From: a virus
Lineage: Duplodnaviria; Caudoviricetes
IMG/VR virus record: IMGVR_UViG_3300028581_000047
Location: 1-59,039 of that record
Direction: 5' to 3' (one strand)
DNA: 59,039 nucleotides
Made by a program: the position numbers and the translations under genes. Below the pieces are notes generated by a model that saw only the letters and a program-made list of their open reading frames with translations, was not told where the DNA came from and searched no databases. Position 1 is the stretch's first letter; each line of letters opens with the position of its first letter. Shown here in pieces: positions 9,080 to 18,060 of this stretch.

Positions 9080-9187
9080 GAGTAAAGAGTTTATCCTAGG
9101 TGACAGATAGGATACGCCCTGTGCTTTTATGCAGGAAATCGGTACACTTTCGTGTATTGACATTTAACTTAAATTGGAGTAACAAAA

Positions 9188-9583
9188 ATGAGCGCATTAC
9201 AAAACCCAGATTTATCGCTTGAAAACTTGATTGACGACTTTGCTCACTTGCACATTTACCTACAAGACGCACAAAAACGTTACGATGACATGAAGAAAAA
9301 GTTGGCTGTGGTTGCAAACTCTGTGCAGTCAAAAGAACGGTTCAGGTTGCATGGGTTGAAGTACCAGCTGGAATTTAGCGAGTCACCGCAGAAAGCGGTG
9401 ATTCCTGAAGAAGTAACAAGCGGGGTGATTTATGACTTATACGGGATTGGGGCTTTCGCGCCCTCTGTTAAGTTCATCAAGGAGATTGAGAATCTCAGAA
9501 CCCGCGAAGTTGGATTTTCTGCCTCCATTCTTAAGTTGAAGTGGGATTCCAGAAGGTTGCTTAACGCTACTAAGAACTCTTAG
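9188..9583 (+). CDS. hypothetical protein
   Basis: GGAG RBS, 131 aa. Confidence 0.65.
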   Translation: MSALQNPDLSLENLIDDFAHLHIYLQDAQKRYDDMKKKLAVVANSVQSKERFRLHGLKYQLEFSESPQKAVIPEEVTSGVIYDLYGIGAFAPSVKFIKEIENLRTREVGFSASILKLKWDSRRLLNATKNS

Positions 9584-9709
9584 TTGAGCTTTAGGGAGTT
9601 CGTGGAAGCCGAAGGTATCTACTTCCTCGTACTCTTCATCCTGTAGTAAATATAGCATATTAGCTCCAAAAAGCGGTATGCTATCACATTTTAAATCGGA
9701 GCAATAAAA

Positions 9710-10237
9710 ATGAGTAAAAATGTAATTCACTTTCCTGTTAAAATAGCCACCCAAACCGAACCGAAGCAGTTCGGGAACGCTTATGGGTTAGACTTGAGTG
9801 GTAGTAAGCACGAAATTCGTAAAGACATGTTTGAGCAGTACAAAGATTACGACTTCCGCAAAGCCTTGGAACGGTTCCCTGAGCATGGGATGGGATTGCA
9901 GCGTGACAAACACTTTGTCATCAATCACAACATTACCCTAAGAGATTATGTAGGTGCGGCACACTTTGCGTTAGATTTGAAAGGTGATGTAAAAGCGCAT
10001 GACGATTTAATGGGGATTTATTTTACACTGAAGGAAGCAGGGTTCAAGAAGTACCCAGTAAAACACATCAACCCGCAGTTAGTCGGGTACGTCATAAACT
10101 TGGTGGTAGACAGGGACTCAAGACCTGGCATTGGTGTCCCGCCATTCTATTACCTTTGCGATTCTTACTTCGGGCCGTTTCAGGCAAGTGGCTGGTCAAA
10201 CAATGCCGATTATGAACGAGCTAGTATAGGTCGTTAA
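9710..10237 (+). CDS. hypothetical protein
   Basis: GGAG RBS, 175 aa. Confidence 0.65.
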   Translation: MSKNVIHFPVKIATQTEPKQFGNAYGLDLSGSKHEIRKDMFEQYKDYDFRKALERFPEHGMGLQRDKHFVINHNITLRDYVGAAHFALDLKGDVKAHDDLMGIYFTLKEAGFKKYPVKHINPQLVGYVINLVVDRDSRPGIGVPPFYYLCDSYFGPFQASGWSNNADYERASIGR

Positions 10238-10289
10238 ACAATAGCCCCACAGGTTTCACTGTGGGGTGTCTCAATCCTTGGAGATACAA

Positions 10290-10958
10290 ATGATAGAATT
10301 TAAGCGTGATGTTTATGATAGTTTGGTAGAATACGAACCCGAGTCAAGACCTGTTCGAGGAGCTAGGCTCTACACAACAATTTGTACTGATTGTGGAAAA
10401 GAGTCACGGTATCACCGTCACACGAATCTTGCTAAAAAGATTTGTACTTGCTCTACTTCAAAAATCGAGTTGTTGATTTACGGTGAGATGTCCAGAACGC
10501 TCGAAGAGTGGGCGGAGGTTGAACCTTCCATCAATGTGGGTAGTGCAAGGGTCAGGGCGAGTAATAGACGGCTAGGAAGACGAAATTGCACCGATGCTCA
10601 GGTTTTATTTGGGTATGGAAAGAAATCTCCTGCATTGCGGTTGCAAGTGTTACCGACGAATGATTCACCTGAGTGGATTAGGACGTTATCGGAAGAAATT
10701 ACCAGAAACATGATTAAGTTGCCATTGATTGAAGCGGTAGTGTTAGCCGTGAAAGTGGCATCACGGGAAAGAGATTTTGGAAAGTTAGTTCGAGAAGACC
10801 TTTCTATGTACACAAAGTCTGGCATTAAGTTCACAGACCCAGAAGGCACATCATTACCCGAGTTGTTGGAGCAGCTTGGTGATTTAGATGCCCTGAAAGA
10901 TTATTTACTGGGTGATTTGAGTCTTACAGAAGCAAAGGTAAACAGTTTTTTCATTTAA
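10290..10958 (+). CDS. putative Zn-finger/DNA-binding protein
   Basis: CxxC...CxC followed by a GExxTLEEWAE segment resembling homing-endonuclease-associated DNA-binding modules. Confidence 0.55.
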   Translation: MIEFKRDVYDSLVEYEPESRPVRGARLYTTICTDCGKESRYHRHTNLAKKICTCSTSKIELLIYGEMSRTLEEWAEVEPSINVGSARVRASNRRLGRRNCTDAQVLFGYGKKSPALRLQVLPTNDSPEWIRTLSEEITRNMIKLPLIEAVVLAVKVASRERDFGKLVREDLSMYTKSGIKFTDPEGTSLPELLEQLGDLDALKDYLLGDLSLTEAKVNSFFI

Positions 10959-10973
10959 TTTAGGGGAAGTAAG

Positions 10974-11336
10974 ATGGTTGGTGTAGTTAAAACACGGTTG
11001 AGAGAGGGGGCGGTATTGGCACTCACTAATCCGCTACATACAAAAGTGTTAGAGTATTTTGTTGTAGTGGCGTTGGCAGGTGAAAAAGGGTTAACGATTG
11101 AGGACAGTGATGGAAGGCGGTTTAGTGGTTACACACACAGCACTCTTTGGGTACACCCTCAGGTGATGTTTGAGGCGTTAGAGCCTAACCAGGTAGGATG
11201 TAACAAGGACGGCTACTTCTTGTCAACCAGAATCCACGTCAATGACAATTTGAGAATCCACTTCATGGATTGGTTAGAGAAAGAGAACGTTGAGTGTTTC
11301 AATAAGCTCCCGTTCAAACTTAGAAAAGGGGTGTGA
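10974..11336 (+). CDS. hypothetical protein
   Basis: 120-aa ORF directly upstream of primase. Confidence 0.65.
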   Translation: MVGVVKTRLREGAVLALTNPLHTKVLEYFVVVALAGEKGLTIEDSDGRRFSGYTHSTLWVHPQVMFEALEPNQVGCNKDGYFLSTRIHVNDNLRIHFMDWLEKENVECFNKLPFKLRKGV

Positions 11337-11337
11337 T

Positions 11338-14217
11338 ATGTCGGCAGCCCCAGTCCCCGTCTTTTATTACCAAACGCACGACGAGCAACACCAAACATGG
11401 AAGGTTGCGCCTTACACTGATTACGATGAAGTCATTAAGACCTGTGCTTTTCATGCTGGCGTTTATTCTTTGTCAAAAGCCCCGACGGGTGATGACGAAA
11501 GTGACTTAAAAGTCAGGTACAAAGGCAGTCTTGTTATTGATATTGACAACAAGTCAGTTGAGACAGGTAACATCAACATTGCGATTGACCAAAGTATTGT
11601 TGACGTTAGGGCAATACGAAAGTACCTTGATTTGCTTGGGGTTAACCCCAAGCAGGTTGGATTGTACATCTCAGGTGGTAAAGGTTTTCACATCATTATT
11701 CCGTTAGGTTTGATGGGTGGTATTGCTTTAAACAGCTTGCCGCACATTCATAAAAAGATGGCGATGACGATAAAAACGCGGACTGGCGTTGAAAGTATTG
11801 ATTTTTCTTTGTTTTGTAAAAGGAAGGGGAAATTACTCCGCACACCCAATCACAAGAGAGCTGGAAATGGTAATTACAAAGTTCAAATCACATGGGAAGA
11901 AATGGATGGGTTGGATGCTGAAACGTATTTCAACTTATGTCGAGAACCACGACCTGTATTTGCTCTTGAAGATCCTGAAATAGTACCTGCATTATCCGAC
12001 ATGTTTCAGGACGCATTGTTAGACGTCCGTTCTGAGGACGAACAATCTACGTTAGGTAAAACCGACCCTAAGCATTTTTTAGAGTTAGGTGATGGTGAAA
12101 TACCTAAATGTATCAAGAACTTATGCGGATACCAAAACATAAGGGAGAATGCAAGTTCTTTCAATTATGCAAAAATGGATGTGATACGGTTCTTGAAAAA
12201 TAGTAATCTTACTGCGGAAAAACAGGAAGGTGTAATTCAGGAGTTCTGTAATAACTTTCACAGTGATAGGCATGGCAGTCCGCAAGAAAGGTTGCGTGAA
12301 GTTAGGTCAGCAGAGCGGAGTTTAGAAGGTACGGGGTTTGATTGTAGTTTGGCTGCAAGGCAGTTTAGTACGAATCCCTGTACTGGATGCCCTGTCAAAG
12401 TTTCTCAAGTTGTGGAACTCAATGAGTCACACAAAATTGTTGAAATCGGTAACTCATATCATCGAGCGACAGTAAAGAAAAATGAGGACGGGGCAATTAG
12501 TAACTTCATTCTTACGCCGATTAAAGTATCGTATGAAGTATCTGAGGAAGGCTACACCACTGATCAAGTTTACACGTTTCGGGTAGATTATCTTCGGAAG
12601 GATTTACGACCTGATTTGTGTACCATCAAACTAGAAAGTTTCTTAACAAAAAGTACCTTTTCCACAGCAATGAGGCAATTGCCACAGGCATGTTGGACAG
12701 GGAGAGACGATGACGTAAGTCATTTAACAACAAGGGTGACAAGCCCAGAAAGTATGCTAGGAGTTGAAAAAGTCATGCCAGTAAAAAAACAAGGGATGTC
12801 AAAAGTCCTGGATACCAACAGGGGTATTGATGAGTGGTGTTGGGTTCAGAAGGGCTGGAGTTGGAATGGTAGATTGCCAGGTACAATGGAGTACCGAGGA
12901 CCTAGACAGTTTGGCGATACAGGTGAACAAATGACGGCTGTGTTGGATATGCGGAAAGTATTGCCCGTACCAACCCCTGCAACAGAAAAAACACTTCAGG
13001 CGTTGTTATCCAGTCGTGGGTTGGAAGAATTAGCGATTCAGCTAGGCTGGAATGCGGCTTGTTGGGTTAAACCGCAGTTACAAACAGGTGAGTATGGCGA
13101 TATGTTTCCTGTCCTGCTTGTATATGGTGATGCAGGTTCAGGTAAGTCTGAAATGACCAAGAACTTCAGCATTTTGGGTGGGAATGATGGCATCAATAAC
13201 GCCACAATCAACATCTCAAATAGCACAGGGTTTTTCTTGCAATCTGAAGCATCTTCAACAACCACCGTACCAAAATTGTTTGATGAGTTTAATCAGGCAA
13301 AGATGAAACCGCAGGATTACCTTCGGTTACGGGACGTTATTAAGTCTACAGGGACGAAGATGGCGATGGGTAAGGGTCGTGTAATCGGCTCTGGTGGTAA
13401 CTCACAAGTTGCAACAGAAATCACCGTCTGTACAGCCCCAATAGCCCTATTGGGTACAGCACAGAATCAGGAGGAAGAAATTATCCAGCGGAGTATCATC
13501 CTTTATTTAGACAAGGGCGATATTTTGAACAACCCAGATACTGCGTTCATAGAAGCTCACAGGCAGGTACTGAAGAATAAAAAGGATTTGATTCCTTACG
13601 CTCGGATGTTGTTGGAAAAAACGCTTATTCTCACTCCAGAAGAGTTGTTTGAAATGTGGGAATCCTCTGCATGGGTTAGCGATACAGTGACTGACCAACG
13701 GACAGCCAAGGCAGTACGAGTTATCCATATTGGGCTTCAGTTAGCTTATGCGGCGTTCAAGGAAGCAAAGTGCAGTAATGACACATTGAAAGGGGTGGAG
13801 CGTTTGTTGAAGGAGGGGCTACCTGCGTATATGGTGAATTCTCGGTACAACTATTTGTCGAATGACGGGCGGTCTGAGATTGACCACACACTCAATCATA
13901 TCCTGTTGATGGCGACGTTAGATAATGGACGTGGTGAGAACTATTTGCGTGAGGGGGTACATTTTACAACTGACGAAGTAGCGGTGCATCTTAAAATCAA
14001 TTCGGCATATATTTCGTTCGTAAGAGTAGCCAAAGACATGCAATGGATGCTAGAATTTACGAACGCCAAAGCGTTCATTCAGGCTTTAAGTGGGCAGAGT
14101 TACTACTTAGGAGCTGGTAAAGCGCGAGGCGTTCCAACCCCCCATGAGTGGCATACATTCAGCATTCAGGGGCTTTTAGACAAACACATCGACGTAAGAC
14201 ACCTCGGTGCGAAGTAA
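11338..14217 (+). CDS. AEP-type primase fused to P-loop helicase
   Basis: AEP motifs IDID and SGGKGFH; Cys cluster C..C...CxxC; Walker A GDAGSGKS and Walker B FDE. Confidence 0.85.
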   Translation: MSAAPVPVFYYQTHDEQHQTWKVAPYTDYDEVIKTCAFHAGVYSLSKAPTGDDESDLKVRYKGSLVIDIDNKSVETGNINIAIDQSIVDVRAIRKYLDLLGVNPKQVGLYISGGKGFHIIIPLGLMGGIALNSLPHIHKKMAMTIKTRTGVESIDFSLFCKRKGKLLRTPNHKRAGNGNYKVQITWEEMDGLDAETYFNLCREPRPVFALEDPEIVPALSDMFQDALLDVRSEDEQSTLGKTDPKHFLELGDGEIPKCIKNLCGYQNIRENASSFNYAKMDVIRFLKNSNLTAEKQEGVIQEFCNNFHSDRHGSPQERLREVRSAERSLEGTGFDCSLAARQFSTNPCTGCPVKVSQVVELNESHKIVEIGNSYHRATVKKNEDGAISNFILTPIKVSYEVSEEGYTTDQVYTFRVDYLRKDLRPDLCTIKLESFLTKSTFSTAMRQLPQACWTGRDDDVSHLTTRVTSPESMLGVEKVMPVKKQGMSKVLDTNRGIDEWCWVQKGWSWNGRLPGTMEYRGPRQFGDTGEQMTAVLDMRKVLPVPTPATEKTLQALLSSRGLEELAIQLGWNAACWVKPQLQTGEYGDMFPVLLVYGDAGSGKSEMTKNFSILGGNDGINNATINISNSTGFFLQSEASSTTTVPKLFDEFNQAKMKPQDYLRLRDVIKSTGTKMAMGKGRVIGSGGNSQVATEITVCTAPIALLGTAQNQEEEIIQRSIILYLDKGDILNNPDTAFIEAHRQVLKNKKDLIPYARMLLEKTLILTPEELFEMWESSAWVSDTVTDQRTAKAVRVIHIGLQLAYAAFKEAKCSNDTLKGVERLLKEGLPAYMVNSRYNYLSNDGRSEIDHTLNHILLMATLDNGRGENYLREGVHFTTDEVAVHLKINSAYISFVRVAKDMQWMLEFTNAKAFIQALSGQSYYLGAGKARGVPTPHEWHTFSIQGLLDKHIDVRHLGAK

Positions 14218-14236
14218 CCTTAAATTGGAGCATTAA

Positions 14237-15733
14237 ATGAAATTAAGCGAACTAATACGGGAAGCATTCCTTCCCATTTCGGCAGACTGGCAGGACAAAG
14301 TGGAGGTAGGTAAAACGCCTTTCGCCCATCAAATCGAGGACTTTAAGTATATGGGTTCTTGTCACCGTTGCGGGATATATAACGAGCCAGGTGTCGGTAA
14401 GACCTTACCAATTCAAGCGTATGGGTTGTGGAGAGCTGGAAACGGTAATCGGGTGGTATATGTTATGCCCCCAATCCTGATTAGACAGTTTTCCCAATCC
14501 CTGGACGTTAATTTTGTGGGTGCAAGAGACTTTATCACCTGCGAAGCGTTTAACGGAAACCCTGCACAACGCGATAAGCTCTGGGCAAAATGGGAGGATA
14601 CAACGTTTCCAAACATACTGCTCGTAAGCTATGTCATGTTCGTAAAGTATTACGAGGCTTTACTAGAGAAAGGCTTCAACTGTGTGGTAGTAGATGAAGC
14701 TACGGCTATTAAATCGCCATCATCAAAGATACACAAGGCGGTAAGAGCTTTCGCAGAAGACGATAACGGGGTGGTGCTTGTTACAGGCACACCTATTGAA
14801 ACAAACGTAGAGGATGCGTATGGTTTCATCAAGATTATTACCCCTGAAGCGTATGGCTCGTACAAGAATTTTGAGTATTACCATGTTGTTAAATACTCTA
14901 TGTTCGTGCCAAGTTCAGGTAAAGAGGTATATAAAACTCAAGGGTACTCCAACCTTGCGATGCTCCACGACAATTTGTTTAGACAAGCAAGACGTGTGTT
15001 GAAATCGGAAGTATCTGATTTACCTCCACGTTTGATTTCGGAGTATCTGATTGACTTGTCACCAAAGCACATGAAACTGTACAACCGTATGGTTAATGAG
15101 CGGATGTTAGAAATTGGTGATGAACTGGTTGACATGACAACGGCTCAAGCATTGTACCAAGCCATGCAGCAGGTGCTTTTAAATCCTGAAAAGTTTGGTG
15201 AGGCTCAACATGACAATGAGTTGTTTGTAGCATTAGACGCAATCATAGAGTCGTTGGAAGGGCAGAAGATTCTTGTTTACGCTTGGTTCAATGCTTCGGT
15301 TGACACTATCTGTGAAAGATACAAACACCTTAACCCTGCCAAGATAAACGGTTCGGTGACAGGGGACAACCGTGAGAACGAAAAACAACGGTTTATTTCT
15401 GATGGCGGCTGCAAAATGCTTGTTGCAAATCCAAAGTCAGGCGGAGTTGGCGTGGATGGTTTGCAGCATGTTTGTTCTCATGTCGTTTATGCTGAAATCT
15501 GTCCGTTCGTCGGTACGTTTCAACAATCAGTAGACAGGCTGCACAGAACTGGTCAAAAGTCAGAATCAGTCAATGTGTATCTTTTAGTGGCAAATCACAC
15601 TGTTTCGGTTAAATTGCGGAATGATTTGATTAAGAAAGATGCTTATCAGGAATTGGCAATGAAAGACAAAAGGTCAATCTTGTCAGACTTGATGGGCGAA
15701 GAAGGGATTAAAGGGTCATTAGACACAATTTAA
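14237..15733 (+). CDS. SNF2-like superfamily 2 DNA helicase
   Basis: GVGKT, VVDEA, TGTP and QQSVDRLHRTGQ motifs. Confidence 0.9.
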   Translation: MKLSELIREAFLPISADWQDKVEVGKTPFAHQIEDFKYMGSCHRCGIYNEPGVGKTLPIQAYGLWRAGNGNRVVYVMPPILIRQFSQSLDVNFVGARDFITCEAFNGNPAQRDKLWAKWEDTTFPNILLVSYVMFVKYYEALLEKGFNCVVVDEATAIKSPSSKIHKAVRAFAEDDNGVVLVTGTPIETNVEDAYGFIKIITPEAYGSYKNFEYYHVVKYSMFVPSSGKEVYKTQGYSNLAMLHDNLFRQARRVLKSEVSDLPPRLISEYLIDLSPKHMKLYNRMVNERMLEIGDELVDMTTAQALYQAMQQVLLNPEKFGEAQHDNELFVALDAIIESLEGQKILVYAWFNASVDTICERYKHLNPAKINGSVTGDNRENEKQRFISDGGCKMLVANPKSGGVGVDGLQHVCSHVVYAEICPFVGTFQQSVDRLHRTGQKSESVNVYLLVANHTVSVKLRNDLIKKDAYQELAMKDKRSILSDLMGEEGIKGSLDTI

Positions 15734-15743
15734 TCTAACAAAG

Positions 15744-15775
15744 GTATACCCCACAAATTGCTTTGTGGGGTATAC
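15744..15775 (+). terminator. perfect hairpin after helicase gene (terminator or processing site)
   Basis: GTATACCCCACAAA-ttgc-TTTGTGGGGTATAC. Confidence 0.55.
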
Positions 15776-15783
15776 TGCCCCAC

Positions 15784-15900
15784 GAGTTTTTAGATTTGGA
15801 TTATAGCAGGTCTCATAAATCTAAGAGCTTAACGTTCTGCCCTTGCCTATTTGGTGCCTGCTATCACCGAGTTCGCAAGGGTTCTATATTTTCGGAGCAA
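15784..15900 (+). promoter_or_regulatory. two-hairpin RNA leader with loop-loop complementarity (copy A)
   Basis: Loop ATAGCAGG (15803-15810) is complementary to loop CCTGCTAT (15857-15864); homologous to 17940-18053. Confidence 0.6.
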
Positions 15901-15904
15901 TACC

Positions 15905-16630
15905 ATGTTACAAACAACAACAGAAGTAAAAACCATGTCTTCTACGGAAATCGTAAAAATCATTAACGACATGAGAGAAGACGGTACGGCGGAATTACGC
16001 CATGACAATTTCATGGTGAAGGTAGTAACTGTGCTGGGTGCAGAAGTAGCCCTAAAATTTCAGGGCTACTACAAAGCAGCAAATGGGAAACAAAATCCAT
16101 GCTACTACCTCCCAAAACGTGAAGCGAATTTGATGGTGATGTCAGAGTCATACAAAGTTCAAGCCGCTGTTTATGACAAGATGGTTGAGTTGGAAACCCA
16201 ACAGGTGAGACCACTTTCACAGCTTGAGATTTTGGGTCAGTCCGTTCAAATCTTAACTGAGCATGATAAACGATTGACAGCAGCAGAAGTTGAAGTAAAA
16301 CACATTTCTGCAAAAGTGGCAGACCTTCAAGTAAACTTACGGAACGGTGTTCCAGAAGGATACGTTTCAAAAGCAAATGCGCTTAGACTTTATGGTTGTG
16401 GGTTGAGCAAAGCAATTTTTGAAGCTGTGATGACCGAGAACGATGTTAAAACCCAACCGTATGTTCATTACGCTGAAGGTCATTCAGTCGCCACGTTTGG
16501 TTATTTAGAAAACGTTATTCCTGGGGTCGTTGAAAGTTTCATCGCAAGTTTAGAACAAGCTACAACGAATCAATGTTATTCACCCACGTTAAACAAGCGG
16601 TTGACCTACAGAAAACCCACATTGCAGTAA
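15905..16630 (+). CDS. Rha-family antirepressor-like regulatory protein
   Basis: MSSTEI...RHDNFM...YKAANGKQNPCYYLPKREANLMVMSES motif. Confidence 0.75.
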   Translation: MLQTTTEVKTMSSTEIVKIINDMREDGTAELRHDNFMVKVVTVLGAEVALKFQGYYKAANGKQNPCYYLPKREANLMVMSESYKVQAAVYDKMVELETQQVRPLSQLEILGQSVQILTEHDKRLTAAEVEVKHISAKVADLQVNLRNGVPEGYVSKANALRLYGCGLSKAIFEAVMTENDVKTQPYVHYAEGHSVATFGYLENVIPGVVESFIASLEQATTNQCYSPTLNKRLTYRKPTLQ

Positions 16631-16678
16631 GCATCACCCTTTACACAACATTCATTTTAAAATAATTGGAGAAGTATC

Positions 16679-17341
16679 ATGGCTTTAAATTTAGTAGGTT
16701 CTACAGCAGCATTCAACAACACTTCAGTAGACGAAGCATTCCCTGCGGTAGTTTCAGAAGCCCCAACAACGTTGGCGTTAGTAGCTGAACCGTCACAACG
16801 TAACAGTGTGAATTTGGCGGATTTAGAGGCAGCAGGCTTTGCTGGTTTGGTATTTGACTGGACTGCCTTCCCAATGATTTCGTTGAAGACAGATGGTCAG
16901 TTTGAGGACTCGAACGGTCAGACTTATGGCAAAGGGTTCGAGTGTAAAGTTATTGGGTCTAAAATCAAGTATGCTCACAGCTTTACAGGTTCTACAAACC
17001 CCAAAACAGATTTGATTTATTCTTATGACAAAATCACTTCTACAAGTGGTAAAGATGTAGTAAGCTTTGAGTCGGATTTGAGAGCGGCAGGGAAAGAAGT
17101 CACTTGCAAAGAGTATCTTGAAGTGATGGTCGAGTTAGTAGCTCCAGGCGAGTCGCATGATGGTGAGTTTAGATTAGTGTCAGTGTCGCCAACATCGAAA
17201 GGTAGATTCTCCAGTCTTATCTTTAAGTTGGTACAAAAAGGGATTAAGGACACAGCTGTAATCCGAATGGAAGTGGGCGAAAAGGTTCGCAACGTTGCTA
17301 ACCCCTTCTACCCTTGGAGTTTCGTGTTAGTCTCAGGCTAA
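16679..17341 (+). CDS. hypothetical replication-module protein (possible ssDNA-binding/annealing)
   Basis: 220 aa, strong RBS, beta-rich; function inferred from position only. Confidence 0.5.
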   Translation: MALNLVGSTAAFNNTSVDEAFPAVVSEAPTTLALVAEPSQRNSVNLADLEAAGFAGLVFDWTAFPMISLKTDGQFEDSNGQTYGKGFECKVIGSKIKYAHSFTGSTNPKTDLIYSYDKITSTSGKDVVSFESDLRAAGKEVTCKEYLEVMVELVAPGESHDGEFRLVSVSPTSKGRFSSLIFKLVQKGIKDTAVIRMEVGEKVRNVANPFYPWSFVLVSG

Positions 17342-17533
17342 CCCAGATGTTCACTGCCGAACAGGCAGCTTAGGAAATAATTCCTGCCCGTTCTTCCGAG
17401 GGTTAAATCGGAAGACTCCCACTGAAGGGTCATAGAGAATCTTTCATTGGTAGTTAAACTGCCAACTAACTGGAACTGGGGAGTTCCTCGCGTTAGGTGA
17501 CTTTCCCTGCGGTAATCTGTGGGGACTTATATT

Positions 17534-17609
17534 GGGTCAGTATCACAAAGGTTCGTGGAGCGTACTCATAATGCGTAGTATGTTGGTTCAAGTCCAACCT
17601 GACCCACCA
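17534..17609 (+). tRNA. tRNA with CAU anticodon (elongator Met or Ile2), encoded CCA
   Basis: Acceptor GGGTCAG/CTGACCC + A + CCA; anticodon loop CTCATAA; T arm GTTGG-TTCAAGT-CCAAC. Confidence 0.9.
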
Positions 17610-17939
17610 AACACACCCCCCTTGTTGGGTGTAAGTAGCAAGGCGTGTAGCGGAATCACGAAAGTCACCGCAGCAGTAATGGTAGAAAAGGCTACGGAGT
17701 TGTGTTCTCCATAGTAACGAGAGTTCATGGCGATAGTTTCCTCTGATTAACTTGCGCCGCCTTTAGTAAAACTCACTTAACTTCTGCGGAATATCGCAGT
17801 CTAGTTCATTTTGGTAAACCTAGATAGAGTGTGTTTTACTAAGGGTTAAACCTTACAGCTTTACCATTAGTATCTCCTGAACTCAAGGGATTTTCGGATC
17901 CCTCTTTTTGAAACGCATTTCTTGTGAGTGCTTTTCAAA

Positions 17940-18053
17940 AAGTCTTTAGATTTTGCGTGTGAGAGCGTTCATAAATCTAAAAACTTAACGTTTACCCTTA
18001 TTCGGTTAGTATCTCTCACTACTTGCTTGATAAGGGTTTTTCTTTTTATGGAG
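17940..18053 (+). promoter_or_regulatory. two-hairpin RNA leader with loop-loop complementarity (copy B)
   Basis: GTGAGAG (17959-17965) is complementary to CTCTCAC (18013-18019); shares TCATAAATCTAA.A.CTTAACGTT and CCCTT/AAGGG with copy A. Confidence 0.6.
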
Positions 18054-18060
18054 TTTCAAA

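Noticed and set aside
17414-17484. Hammerhead ribozyme
   Set aside because: CTGAAGG deviates from the CUGANGA core and there is no correctly placed GAAA.
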